A DNA stretch of 7,989 bases from a virus. Taxonomy: Duplodnaviria > Heunggongvirae > Uroviricota > Caudoviricetes. A program made the position numbers and the translations under genes. Within the stretch, counting starts at the first letter, position 1. Every line of letters begins with the position of its first letter. Positions 1 through 7,124 of the stretch are shown one piece after another. Under the pieces are notes generated by a model. It made no database searches and was not told the origin of the DNA. It saw only the letters and a list, made by a program, of their open reading frames with translations. The stretch lies in IMG/VR virus record IMGVR_UViG_2671180360_000012, one strand, 5' to 3'.

Positions 1-574
1 GTATGTCTGCAAGGAACTGGTGTATGCCTATGCAATGTGGATCAGCCCGTCATTCCATCTGAAGGTGATCCGTACTTTCGATATGGTAACCAGCGCACCG
101 GAAAAATTATCCGGACAGGCTGCTGACAAGATGCAGGCTGGCGTGATCCTGCTGGACTTTATGCGCCGGGAGTTAAACCTGTCTAACTCTTCAGTGCTTG
201 GTGCCTGTCAGAAACTCCAGGAGGCTGTTGGCTTACCGAATCTGGCACCGCGCTATGCCATTGATGCTCCTGCTGATGCACACGATGGCTCAAGTCGCCC
301 GACACTGTCACTGAGTGCACTGCTGAAACAGTATGGTATACGCCTGACGGCTAATCAGGCATATCACCAGATGGTGAAACTGGGGATCGTCGAGCAGCGC
401 GAACGATACAGCCGTACAGCGATTAACAACATCAAAAAATTCTGGTCGCTGACAGCGAAAGGTTGCATGTTCGGCAAGAACATCACCAGTCCCGCAAATC
501 CGCGCGAGACACAGCCGCATTTCTTCGAATCCCGATTCCCTGAGCTGTTAAAGCTGCTCGATACCGTTCATTGA
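1..574 (+). CDS. Phage antirepressor-like protein (KilA-N-like N-terminus, KilAC/Ant-like C-terminal domain); 5'-truncated by the window edge
   Basis: Frame 2 is open from position 2 to the TGA at 572-574 with no upstream stop, so the gene starts outside the window; the GTG at 20 in the ORF track is internal. The visible N-terminal residues (AYAMWISPSFHLKVIRTF) look like the end of a KilA-N/Bro-N type domain, and the C-terminal ~100 aa (LSALLKQYGIRLTANQAYHQMVKLGIVEQRERY...) look like a KilAC DNA-binding domain. Family assignment is from recalled motif patterns, not a search. Confidence 0.5.
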   Translation, partial: YVCKELVYAYAMWISPSFHLKVIRTFDMVTSAPEKLSGQAADKMQAGVILLDFMRRELNLSNSSVLGACQKLQEAVGLPNLAPRYAIDAPADAHDGSSRPTLSLSALLKQYGIRLTANQAYHQMVKLGIVEQRERYSRTAINNIKKFWSLTAKGCMFGKNITSPANPRETQPHFFESRFPELLKLLDTVH

Positions 575-575
575 G

Positions 576-1610
576 GTGACCGTGAGAGCACTACTGACCC
601 CTGAAATTGCCCCGCGTATGGGGATCGTATTGTTCAGGCCAGGTTCAGAGCTGATGCCCCTGTTTATGCAGGGGCGTGTCCTGCTGGAGCCTGAGCCGGA
701 ACGTTATTCATCTTTCGCCAGTGGTGCCGTTCCGGCGGCATCACAACCGCTGGCGGATGATCCTGCCGTTCCGGCGGCATCACAACCGCTGGCGGATGAT
801 CCTGCCGTTCGGGCCGTGTTCCGCAATGAGGCAGTGATCCGTCGTGCTGGTGGCGTGGAATGTCTTGAAAGCTGGTTACTTCGTGAAAAAGGCTGCCAGT
901 GGCCTCATTCCGACTGGCACAGCGAGAACATGACCACAATGCGACACGCTCCGGGTGCAATCCGTCTGTGCTGGCACTGCGATAACCAGCTGCGCGATCA
1001 GTTCACGGAACGGCTGGAATCAATGGCAACGGATAACTGTGCCCGCTGGGTGTTGTCTGTTGTGCGTCGGGATCTCGGTTTTGATGACAGTCACGTTGTG
1101 ACAATGCCGGAACTGTGCTGGTGGCTGATTCGTAATGATCTGGCGGATGCCTTACCGGAAAGTGCAGCCCGTAAGGCACTGAGATTACCGAAGCCTGTTG
1201 TGCCGTCTGTTACCCGGGAAAGTGACCTTGTGCCTTCGGTTCCTGCCACCAGCATCATCCAGGATAAGGCGAAAAAGGTGCTGGCGCTGAAAGTGGATCC
1301 GGAGTCGCCGGAGTCTTTTATGTTACGCCCAAAACGTCGCCGCTGGGTTAATGAAAAGTACACGCGCTGGGTTAAGACACAGCCGTGTGCATGTTGTGGA
1401 AAGCCAGCTGATGATCCGCATCATCTGATAGGCCATGGTCAGGGTGGAATGGGTACAAAAGCGCATGACCTTTTTGTGCTGCCTTTGTGCAGAAAACACC
1501 ACGACGAACTGCATGCGGATACCGTGGCATTTGAAGAGAAGTATGGCTCCCAGCTGGAGCTGATATTTCGTTTTATCGATCGCGCACTGGCGATTGGTGT
1601 GCTGGCCTGA
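576..1610 (+). CDS. DUF968-family phage protein (YdfU-like) with a C-terminal HNH-like Cys/His motif
   Basis: A 344-codon ORF sits directly between the antirepressor-like gene and Q. The C-terminus carries [44 protein letters not shown], and there is a second CxxC (CWHCDNQL) mid-protein. The start is uncertain: GTG at 576, GTG at 582 (GAGGTG 4 nt upstream), or ATG at 615 are all possible. It contains a 2x39-bp tandem repeat. Confidence 0.7.
   Translation: MTVRALLTPEIAPRMGIVLFRPGSELMPLFMQGRVLLEPEPERYSSFASGAVPAASQPLADDPAVPAASQPLADDPAVRAVFRNEAVIRRAGGVECLESWLLREKGCQWPHSDWHSENMTTMRHAPGAIRLCWHCDNQLRDQFTERLESMATDNCARWVLSVVRRDLGFDDSHVVTMPELCWWLIRNDLADALPESAARKALRLPKPVVPSVTRESDLVPSVPATSIIQDKAKKVLALKVDPESPESFMLRPKRRRWVNEKYTRWVKTQPCACCGKPADDPHHLIGHGQGGMGTKAHDLFVLPLCRKHHDELHADTVAFEEKYGSQLELIFRFIDRALAIGVLA
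725..802 (+). repeat. Perfect 39-bp direct tandem duplication (2 copies) inside the DUF968 CDS, in-frame, encoding a repeated 13-aa unit
   Basis: Positions 725-763 and 764-802 are identical (tgccgttccggcggcatcacaaccgctggcggatgatcc). The next 8 nt (803-810) start a third copy and then diverge. The protein reads ...[31 protein letters not shown]... Confidence 0.95.
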
Positions 1611-1627
1611 TTTTGTGGAGAAAGTTA

Positions 1628-2011
1628 ATGCGTGATATTCAGATGGTTCTTGAACGTTGGGGAGCGTGGGTGGCTAATAATCATGAAGATGTGACCTGGT
1701 CGTCCATTGCCGCCGGTTTTAAGGGATTAATTCCTTCAAAAGTAAAATCTCGCCCGCAATGTTGTGACGATGACGCGATGATTATTTGCGGGTGCATGGC
1801 CCGTCTGAAAAAGAACAACAGCGATTTGCACGATTTATTAGTAGATTATTATGTAGTCGGTATGACATTCATGTCACTGGCAGGTAAGCATTGCTGCTCT
1901 GATGGTTATATCGGGAAAAGGTTACAGAAGGCTGAGGGCATAATTGAAGGGATGTTAATGGCATTAGATATCCGGTTAGAGATGGATATCGTTGTTAATA
2001 ACTCTAATTAA
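1628..2011 (+). CDS. quuD: Late-gene antitermination protein Q (phage 21 / DLP12 QuuD type, 127 aa)
   Basis: ATG at 1628 is preceded by GGAG at 1617-1620 (7-nt spacing); the TTG at 1613 in the ORF track is less likely. The 127-aa product ([39 protein letters not shown]...[12 protein letters not shown]...) matches my recollection of the small cysteine-rich 21-type Q. Its position immediately upstream of the lysis region is canonical. Confidence 0.85.
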   Translation: MRDIQMVLERWGAWVANNHEDVTWSSIAAGFKGLIPSKVKSRPQCCDDDAMIICGCMARLKKNNSDLHDLLVDYYVVGMTFMSLAGKHCCSDGYIGKRLQKAEGIIEGMLMALDIRLEMDIVVNNSN

Positions 2012-2032
2012 TATGCCAATTGTTTACTGAAA

Positions 2033-2062
2033 GTTATTAAAAATGGGGCGTTGCAACGCCCC
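2033..2062 (-). terminator. Candidate rho-independent terminator of the porin gene (palindrome GGGGCGTTGCAACGCCCC followed by a T-run on the - strand)
   Basis: There is a 7-bp GC-rich stem (2045-2051 with 2056-2062) and a 4-nt loop. On the - strand it is followed by ATTTTTAATAA; on the + strand it is flanked by A-runs instead, so it is unidirectional for leftward transcripts. It lies about 140 nt downstream of the porin stop. Confidence 0.55.
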
Positions 2063-2150
2063 CAAAAATAAAGGGTAATATATAACAGAAGGTTTATATA
2101 GTTAGAAGCAAGGTTGTGCTCCTAAAGGAAGTGGCTTGAGGGAGTCACTT
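2063..2150 (+). promoter_or_regulatory. Expected location of the late promoter P_R' and Q-utilisation (qut) site
   Basis: This is positional inference: in lambdoid phages P_R' and qut lie immediately downstream of Q, and this is the only non-coding DNA between Q and the + strand terminator hairpin. Several TATA-rich hexamers are present (TAATAT/TATATA around 2076-2100) but I could not pair one with a convincing -35. Confidence 0.3.
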
Positions 2151-2190
2151 ATATGTTGGGGAGGCAACGCCTCCCGCAACATATCTTTTT
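2151..2190 (+). terminator. Candidate tR'-like intrinsic terminator on the + strand (15-bp bulged hairpin followed by CTTTTT)
   Basis: The 5' arm is 2151-2165 (atatgttggggaggc), the loop is AAC at 2166-2168, and the 3' arm is 2169-2184 with one bulged G at 2176. It is followed by c + TTTTT at 2185-2190. On the - strand the hairpin is preceded by an A-run and not followed by U's, so it is + strand specific. It lies 11-50 nt beyond the porin stop codon. Confidence 0.4.
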
Positions 2191-2200
2191 CGTAATCAGA

Positions 2201-3298
2201 TTAGAACTGGTAAACCAGACCTACAGCAACGATGTCATCAGTGCTTACACCGAGTGCTTTAGTGAAGTCATTTTTGTCAAGCAGGTTGATTTTGTAATCA
2301 ACGAAAGTAGACATATTTTTGTTGAAGTAATAGGTTGCACCTACATCAACATATTTGACTAAGTCCTGATCGCCCCATACTCCAAGATCCTTACCTTTAG
2401 ATTGCAGGTAAGCAACGGACGGACGCAGACCGAAATCGAACTGATATTGTGCAACAGCTTCGAAGTTTTGAGCTTTATTAGCAACGAAGTGATCAGCAAA
2501 TACAGTCATATTCTGGGTTTCAGAATAGGTAGTGGCCAGGTAAATGTTGTTAGCGTCATATTTCAGACCTGCGGCCCAAACTTCTGCATTTTTACCGGAA
2601 GCAAATACTTCAGGAAGAACTTTCCCTGCATTAACTTGAGTGTCGGTACGATCAGATTTCGCATAAGTTGCACCGATACCGAATCCTTCGTATTCATAGG
2701 TAGCAGAGAAACCGAAGCCATCACCGTTACCTTCGGTGTAGTTATCGAAATCGCTACGATCGTTTTTGCCTTGGTACTGAGCAGCAAAGTTCAGACCATC
2801 AACCAGACCAAAGAAGTCGTTGTTACGATAGGTTGCAACACCAGTGGTGCGACCAGTCATGAACACATCTGTTTGGGTCCAGGTATCGCCACCGAATTCT
2901 GGCAGAACGTCAGTCCACGCACCGATGTCGTATGCTACACCGTAGTTACGGCCGTAATCGATTGAGCCGTAGTCACCGAATTTCAGGCCTGCAAATGCAA
3001 GACGGGTTTTGTCTTTGGAGGAACCTTGAGATTCAGCGCGGTTGCCTTTGAATTCATATTCCCACTGACCGAAACCAGTCAGCTGATCGTTGATTTGGGT
3101 TTCGCCTTTGAAGCCCAGACGAACATAAGTAGTATCACCATCATCTGCATCGTTAGAGGAAAAGTAGTGCTTGGCATTAACTTTCCCGTACAGATCCAGC
3201 TTGTTACTGTCTTTATTATAAATTTCAGCTGCCTGAGCAGACATCGCCATCAGTACTGATGCAGCTACAGCAGAAATTGCCACTGTTAATTTTTTCAT
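2201..3298 (-). CDS. nmpC: Outer-membrane general porin of the OmpC/OmpF family, phage-encoded Lc/NmpC type (365 aa), intact
   Basis: The product begins with a classic porin signal peptide ([23 protein letters not shown]|AEIYNKD...), has the conserved porin N-terminal motifs ([31 protein letters not shown]) and a C-terminal Phe (GLVYQF). The sequence matches my recollection of NmpC/Lc. The ORF is full-length with no internal interruption. Confidence 0.9.
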   Translation of the reverse strand: MKKLTVAISAVAASVLMAMSAQAAEIYNKDSNKLDLYGKVNAKHYFSSNDADDGDTTYVRLGFKGETQINDQLTGFGQWEYEFKGNRAESQGSSKDKTRLAFAGLKFGDYGSIDYGRNYGVAYDIGAWTDVLPEFGGDTWTQTDVFMTGRTTGVATYRNNDFFGLVDGLNFAAQYQGKNDRSDFDNYTEGNGDGFGFSATYEYEGFGIGATYAKSDRTDTQVNAGKVLPEVFASGKNAEVWAAGLKYDANNIYLATTYSETQNMTVFADHFVANKAQNFEAVAQYQFDFGLRPSVAYLQSKGKDLGVWGDQDLVKYVDVGATYYFNKNMSTFVDYKINLLDKNDFTKALGVSTDDIVAVGLVYQF

Positions 3299-3886
3299 CG
3301 TGAGCCCTTTTTTTTGAACTATTATTAAAAAATGATGTCACTGCGCGATAAATATTCATCTAATCAATGTGATTATTTCAAGATGTAAGTTTTAGTTTCT
3401 CATTTAATTTGTGAAGTAGATCTCTATTTTTATCTGAACTTTTTCTATCGAAACCTATTTATGGCTCTTATTTGAACAAAAATAAATCTATTAGCTAATT
3501 TATATTAATGGCTGTTATTTATGGTGGTTCTATAATTCGTCTGTTTAATTTAAACCGGCTAAAAATAACACTGGAAATTATTTATTGGTTATTTGTTGAG
3601 GTTTTCTTATGTATTTGTTGTGATGTTTTGAACACTCGGTAGCATTCTCATAAATATCATTCAGTGGTTTACGTACGTAAAAAATTGGTTATGCTGTTAA
3701 GAGTGGTTACTTCGTCACACAGCTTAAACCCGCCGTCGAGCTGGTTTTTCCATTTTTTGAGTCTCGATATTAGCTGATAACTCAATACCTGAGTTATTCA
3801 CTGACTCGGAGTCAGTTACGTTTCTGCTTTTTTGCGATACGTTGTATTCCCTCAATTTACACCCGCTTTGTCTGCGAGGTGGGGTT
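3299..3886. promoter_or_regulatory. AT-rich intergenic region holding the porin promoter and 5' leader (- strand) and the region upstream of the holin
   Basis: This ~590-bp stretch is conspicuously AT-rich compared with the flanking coding DNA and has no ORF of 60 aa or more. The porin ATG at 3298 is preceded on the - strand by AAAAAAAAGGGCTCACG. An imperfect ~20-bp direct repeat is at 3455-3474 and 3502-3521 (16 of 20 matches), and TTATTTAT(T)GG-like motifs recur. Confidence 0.5.
3801..3833 (+). terminator. Weak terminator-like hairpin with T-run about 55 nt upstream of the holin start
   Basis: The stem is ctgact (3801-3806) paired with agtcag (3810-3815), with a cgg loop, followed by acgTTTCTGCTTTTTT (3818-3833). 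It is not followed by a T-run on the - strand. Confidence 0.3.
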
Positions 3887-4102
3887 ATGAAATTCATGGA
3901 TAAGTTAACAACTGGAGTCGCCTATGGCACCTCAGCAGGTAGTGCCGGTTACTGGTTTTTACAGCTGCTCGATAAAGTCACTCCCTCACAGTGGGCAGCA
4001 ATAGGTGTGCTGGGTAGCCTGGTATTTGGCCTGCTGACGTACCTGACAAACCTTTATTTCAAGATTAAAGAAGATAAGCGCAAGGCTGCGAGAGGTGAAT
4101 AA
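3887..4102 (+). CDS. essD: Class II holin, phage 21 S21-type pinholin (71 aa) with a dual-start motif
   Basis: ATG at 3887 is preceded by GAGGTGGGG. The product is [71 protein letters not shown], with two transmembrane segments and a charged C-terminus. Met1 and Met4 (MKFM) mirror the S21 71/68 antiholin/holin dual start. The TAA stop overlaps the endolysin ATG (TAATG). The upstream ATG at 3842 lacks support. Confidence 0.9.
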
Positions 4103-4599
4103 TGCCTCCATCATTACGAAAAGCCGTTGCTGCTGCTATTGGTGGCGGAGCAATTGCTATAGCATCAGTGTTAATCACTGGCCCAAGTGGTAACGATGGT
4201 CTGGAAGGTGTCAGCTACATACCATACAAAGATATTGTTGGTGTATGGACTGTATGTCACGGACACACCGGAAAAGACATCATGCTCGGTAAAACGTATA
4301 CCAAAGCAGAATGCAAAGCACTCTTGAATAAAGACCTTGCCACTGTCGCCAGACAAATTAACCCGTATATCAAAGTCGATATACCGGAAACAACGCGCGG
4401 CGCTCTTTACTCATTCGTTTACAATGTGGGTGCTGGCAATTTTAGAACATCGACGCTTCTTCGCAAAATAAACCAGGGCGATATCAAAGGCGCATGTGAT
4501 CAGCTGCGTCGCTGGACATACGCTGGCGGTAAGCAATGGAAAGGCCTGATGACTCGTCGTGAGATTGAGCGTGAAGTCTGTTTGTGGGGGCAACAGTGA
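4102..4599 (+). CDS. rrrD: SAR (signal-anchor-release) endolysin, T4-lysozyme-like muramidase of the phage 21 R21 type (165 aa)
   Basis: The N-terminus has a Gly/Ala-rich weakly hydrophobic SAR domain ([20 protein letters not shown]). The lysozyme catalytic region follows ([25 protein letters not shown], an E...D...T arrangement). It is start-coupled to the holin stop. Confidence 0.9.
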
Positions 4600-5057
4600 G
4601 CAGAGTAACCGCGATTATATCCGCTCTGATTATCTGCATCATCGTCAGCCTGTCATGGGCGGTCAATCATTACCGTGATAACGCAATCGCCTACAAAGCC
4701 CAGCGCGACAAAAATGCCAGAGAACTGAAGCTAGCGAACGCGGCAATTACTGACATGCAGATGCGTCAGCGTGATGTTGCTGCGCTCGATGCAAAATACA
4801 CGAAGGAGTTAGCTGATGCGAAAGCTGAAAATGATGCTCTGCGTGATGATGTTGCCGCTGGTCGTCGTCGGTTGCACATCAAAGCAGTCTGTCAGTCAGT
4901 GCGTGAAGCCACCACGGCCTCCGGCGTGGATAATGCAGCCTCCCCCCGACTGGCAGACACCGCTGAACGGGATTATTTCACCCTCAGAGAGAGGCTGATC
5001 ACTATGCAAAAACAACTGGAAGGAACCCAGAAGTATATTAATGAGCAGTGCAGATAG
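4596..5057 (+). CDS. rzpD: Rz i-spanin (inner-membrane spanin subunit), lambda-type, 153 aa
   Basis: The product ([55 protein letters not shown]...YINEQCR) matches my recollection of lambda Rz. The start is GTG at 4596, overlapping the endolysin TGA (gTGA), where lambda has ATGA. The GTG at 4584 in the ORF track would add 4 residues inside the endolysin C-terminus and is less likely. Confidence 0.85.
4816..4998 (+). CDS. rzoD: Rz1 o-spanin (outer-membrane lipoprotein spanin subunit), fully embedded in the +1 frame of Rz
   Basis: The 60-aa product is [60 protein letters not shown], with a lipobox (LVVVGC) and a proline-rich mature part. AAGGAG lies 9 nt upstream of the ATG. Confidence 0.9.
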   Translation: MRKLKMMLCVMMLPLVVVGCTSKQSVSQCVKPPRPPAWIMQPPPDWQTPLNGIISPSERG

Positions 5058-5083
5058 AGCTGACCATATCGATGGGCAACTCA
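5058..5083. terminator. Imperfect palindrome between the convergent Rz/Rz1 and bor genes (possible bidirectional terminator)
   Basis: The sequence gagctgaccatatcgatgggcaactc is a near-palindrome with 2 mismatches in the outer stem. It is followed on the + strand by atgcaattatttt. It sits exactly between the Rz stop (5057) and the bor stop (5089). Confidence 0.3.
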
Positions 5084-5088
5084 TGCAA

Positions 5089-5382
5089 TTATTTTGAGCA
5101 ATACACACGCGCTTCCAGCGGAGTATAAATGCCTAAAGTAATAAAACCGAGCAATCCATTTACGAATGTTTGCTGGGTTTCTGTTTTAACAACATTTTCT
5201 GCGCCGCCACAAATTTTGGCTGCATCGACAGTTTTCTTCTGCCCAATTCCAGAAACGAAGAAATGATGGGTGATGGTTTCCTTTGGTGCTACTGCTGTCT
5301 GTTTGTTTTGAACAGTAAACGTCTGTTGAGCACATCCTGTAATAAGCAGGGCCAGCGCAGTAGCGAGTAGCATTTTTTTCAT
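5089..5382 (-). CDS. bor: Bor lipoprotein (lambda bor-type serum-resistance outer-membrane lipoprotein, 97 aa)
   Basis: The product is MKKMLLATALALLITGCAQQTFTVQNKQTAVAPKETITHHFFVSGIGQKKTVDAAKICGGAENVVKTETQQTFVNGLLGFITLGIYTPLEARVYCSK, with a lipoprotein signal peptide and lipobox (LITGC). It matches my recollection of lambda Bor. Confidence 0.9.
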   Translation of the reverse strand: MKKMLLATALALLITGCAQQTFTVQNKQTAVAPKETITHHFFVSGIGQKKTVDAAKICGGAENVVKTETQQTFVNGLLGFITLGIYTPLEARVYCSK

Positions 5383-5672
5383 GGTGTTATTCCCGATGCT
5401 TTTTGAAGTTCGCAGAATCGTATGTGTAGAAAATTAAACAAACCCTAAACAATGAGTTGAAATTTCATATTGTTAATATTTATTAATGTATGTCAGGTGC
5501 GATGAATCGTCATTGTATTCCCGGATTAACTATGTCCACAGCCCTGACGGGGAACTTCTCTGCGGGAGTGTCCGGGAATAATTAAAAACGATGCACACAG
5601 GGTTTAGCGCGTACACGTATTGCATTATGCCAACGCCCCGGTGCTGACACGGAAGAAACCGGACGTTATGAT

Positions 5673-6083
5673 TTAGCGTGGAAAGATTTGTGTAGTGTTC
5701 TGAATGCTCTCAGTAAATAGTAATGAATTATCAAAGGTATAGTAATATCTTTTATGTTCGTGGATATTTGTAACCCATCGGAAAACTCCTGCTTTAGCAA
5801 GATTTTCCCTGTATTGCTGAAATGTGATTTCTCTTGATTTCAACCTATCAAAGGACGTTTCTATAAGATGCGTATTTCTTGAGAATTTAACATTTACAAC
5901 CTTTTTAAGTCCTTTTATTAACACAGTGTTATCGTTTTTTAACACAATGTGAATATTATCTGTGGCTAGATAGTAAATATAATGTGAGACATTGTGACGT
6001 TTTAGTTCAGAATAAAACAATTCACAGTTTAAATCTTTTCGCACTTGATCGAATATTTCTTTAAAAATGGCAACCTGAGCCAT
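5673..6083 (-). CDS. ybcV: DUF1398-family protein (lambda p78 / DLP12 YbcV-like), 136 aa
   Basis: The 177-codon ORF in the track (5673-6206) most likely starts at the internal ATG at 6083 ([19 protein letters not shown]...), which is preceded on the - strand by GGAAGG. This gives a 136-aa product, matching the size I recall for this family. Confidence 0.7.
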   Translation of the reverse strand: MAQVAIFKEIFDQVRKDLNCELFYSELKRHNVSHYIYYLATDNIHIVLKNDNTVLIKGLKKVVNVKFSRNTHLIETSFDRLKSREITFQQYRENLAKAGVFRWVTNIHEHKRYYYTFDNSLLFTESIQNTTQIFPR

Positions 6084-6368
6084 TGGTAAAACCTTCCATG
6101 TGATACGAGGGCGCGTAGTTTGCATTATCGTTTTTATCGTTTCAATCTGGTCTGACCTCTTTGTGTTTTGTTGATGATTTATGTCAAATATTAGGAATGT
6201 TTTCAATTAATAGTATTGGTTGTGTAACAAAGTGCGGTCCTGCTGGCATTCTGGAGGGAAATACAACCGACAGATGTATGTAAGGCCAACGTGCTCAAAT
6301 CTTCATACAGAAAGATTTGAAGTAATATTTTAACCGCTAGATGAAGAGCAAGCGCATGGAGCGACAAA

Positions 6369-6575
6369 ATGAATAAAGAACAATCTGCTGATGATCCCTC
6401 CGTGGATCTGATTCGTGTAAAAAATATGCTTAATAGCACCATTTCTATGAGTTACCCTGATGTTGTAATTGCATGTATAGAACATAAGGTGTCTCTGGAA
6501 GCATTCAGGGCAATTGAGGCAGCGTTGGTGAAGCACGATAATAATATGAAGGATTATTCCCTGGTGGTTGACTGA
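6369..6575 (+). CDS. ybcW: Small conserved lambdoid late-region protein (lambda p79 / YbcW-like), 68 aa
   Basis: ATG at 6369 is preceded by GGAG (7-nt spacing). The product is [68 protein letters not shown]. The position after bor/ybcV and before cos matches lambda and DLP12. Confidence 0.75.
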
Positions 6576-6596
6576 TCACCATAACTGCTAATCATT

Positions 6597-6605
6597 CAAA
6601 CTACT
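6597..6605. repeat. IS1 target-site duplication, left copy (CAAACTACT)
   Basis: These 9 bp immediately flank the IS1 end at 6606 and are identical to 7374-7382. Confidence 0.9.
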
Positions 6606-6620
6606 GGTAATGACTCCAAC

Positions 6621-7124
6621 TTATTGATAGTGTTTTATGTTCAGATAATGCCCGATGACTTTGTCATGCAGCTCCACCGATTTTGAGAACGACAGCGACT
6701 TCCGTCCCAGCCGTGCCAGGTGCTGCCTCAGATTCAGGTTATGCCGCTCAATTCGCTGCGTATATCGCTTGCTGATTACGTGCAGCTTTCCCTTCAGGCG
6801 GGATTCATACAGCGGCCAGCCATCCGTCATCCATATCACCACGTCAAAGGGTGGCAGCAGGCTCATAAGACGCCCCAGCGTCGCCATAGTGCGTTCACCG
6901 AATACGTGCGCAACAACCGTCTTCCGGAGCCTGTCATACGCGTAAAACAGCCAGCGCTGGCGCGATTTAGCCCCGACATAGCCCCACTGTTCGTCCATTT
7001 CCGCGCAGACGATGACGTCACTGCCCGGCTGTATGCGCGAGGTTACCGACTGCGGCCTGAGTTTTTTAAGTGACGTAAAATCGTGTTGAGGCCAACGCCC
7101 ATAATGCGGGCAGTTGCCCGGCAT
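6621..7124 (-). CDS. insB: IS1 insB' reading frame (transposase catalytic part, expressed as the InsAB' fusion by -1 frameshifting)
   Basis: The 167-codon frame ([29 protein letters not shown]...) matches my recollection of IS1 InsB. Its stop codon lies inside the terminal inverted repeat. Confidence 0.9.
   Translation of the reverse strand: MPGNCPHYGRWPQHDFTSLKKLRPQSVTSRIQPGSDVIVCAEMDEQWGYVGAKSRQRWLFYAYDRLRKTVVAHVFGERTMATLGRLMSLLPPFDVVIWMTDGWPLYESRLKGKLHVISKRYTQRIERHNLNLRQHLARLGRKSLSFSKSVELHDKVIGHYLNIKHYQ

Larger units (their letters stand above)
2034..2200 (-). ncRNA. ipeX: Porin 3'-UTR region, candidate IpeX-like regulatory RNA (inhibitor of porin expression)
   Basis: IpeX was described as residing in the untranslated stretch between the nmpC/lc stop codon and its terminator in DLP12 and PA-2. 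Here the equivalent interval runs from the porin stop (2201) to the - strand terminator (~2033). Exact boundaries and sequence identity to ipeX cannot be verified without a comparison; the published length I recall (about 247 bp) is longer than this ~170-nt interval. Confidence 0.35.

Noticed and set aside
20-34. GTG at position 20 as the start of the first gene
   Set aside because: The frame is open all the way to the window edge and the encoded domain is incomplete at 184 aa, so the real start is upstream of the window.
308-1514. Minus-strand ORFs overlapping the antirepressor-like and DUF968 genes (308-520, 664-960, 1091-1363, 1323-1514)
   Set aside because: These are shadow ORFs opposite well-supported + strand genes. 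The 664-960 ORF is inflated by the 39-bp tandem repeat, which also repeats in its own translation.
2153-2362. ORF 2153-2362 + (69 aa) spanning the hairpin and the porin 3' end
   Set aside because: It begins inside the terminator hairpin and runs antisense into the porin CDS; spurious.
2402-3259. ORFs antisense to or nested in other frames of the porin gene (2402-2965 +, 2563-2787 -, 3026-3259 +)
   Set aside because: They lie entirely within a strongly supported porin CDS, have no recognisable motifs or ribosome-binding sites, and show low-complexity composition typical of shadow ORFs.
3508-3639. A 43-codon hydrophobic ORF (MAVIYGGSIIRLFNLNRLKITLEIIYWLFVEVFLCICCDVLNTR) in the AT-rich region
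   Set aside because: It has no ribosome-binding site and lies in the porin promoter region. It is recorded only because uninterrupted frames are less common in AT-rich DNA; it would need ribosome-profiling evidence.
4584-4595. Rz start at the upstream GTG (4584), as in the ORF track
   Set aside because: The GTG at 4596 overlaps the endolysin stop (gTGa) in the same stop-start coupling geometry as lambda R/Rz and yields the canonical MSRVTAII N-terminus.
4171-5370. Short ORFs antisense to the endolysin, Rz and bor (4171-4356 -, 4411-4593 -, 4484-4666 -, 4896-5108 -, 5170-5370 +)
   Set aside because: They sit opposite strongly supported lysis and bor genes and have no start signals or motifs. 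Rz1 (4816-4998 +) is the only embedded gene accepted, because it is a known embedded-gene family with a lipobox.
6084-6206. N-terminal extension of the ybcV-like ORF (the full 177-codon version starting at 6206)
   Set aside because: The internal ATG at 6083 has a GGAAGG ribosome-binding site and gives the 136-aa size I recall for this family. The 41 extra residues have no recognisable features.
6203-6536. Minus-strand ORFs at 6203-6442 and 6330-6536 opposite the ybcV-ybcW intergenic region and ybcW
   Set aside because: They are antisense to the conserved ybcW-like gene and its promoter region, with no supporting signals.
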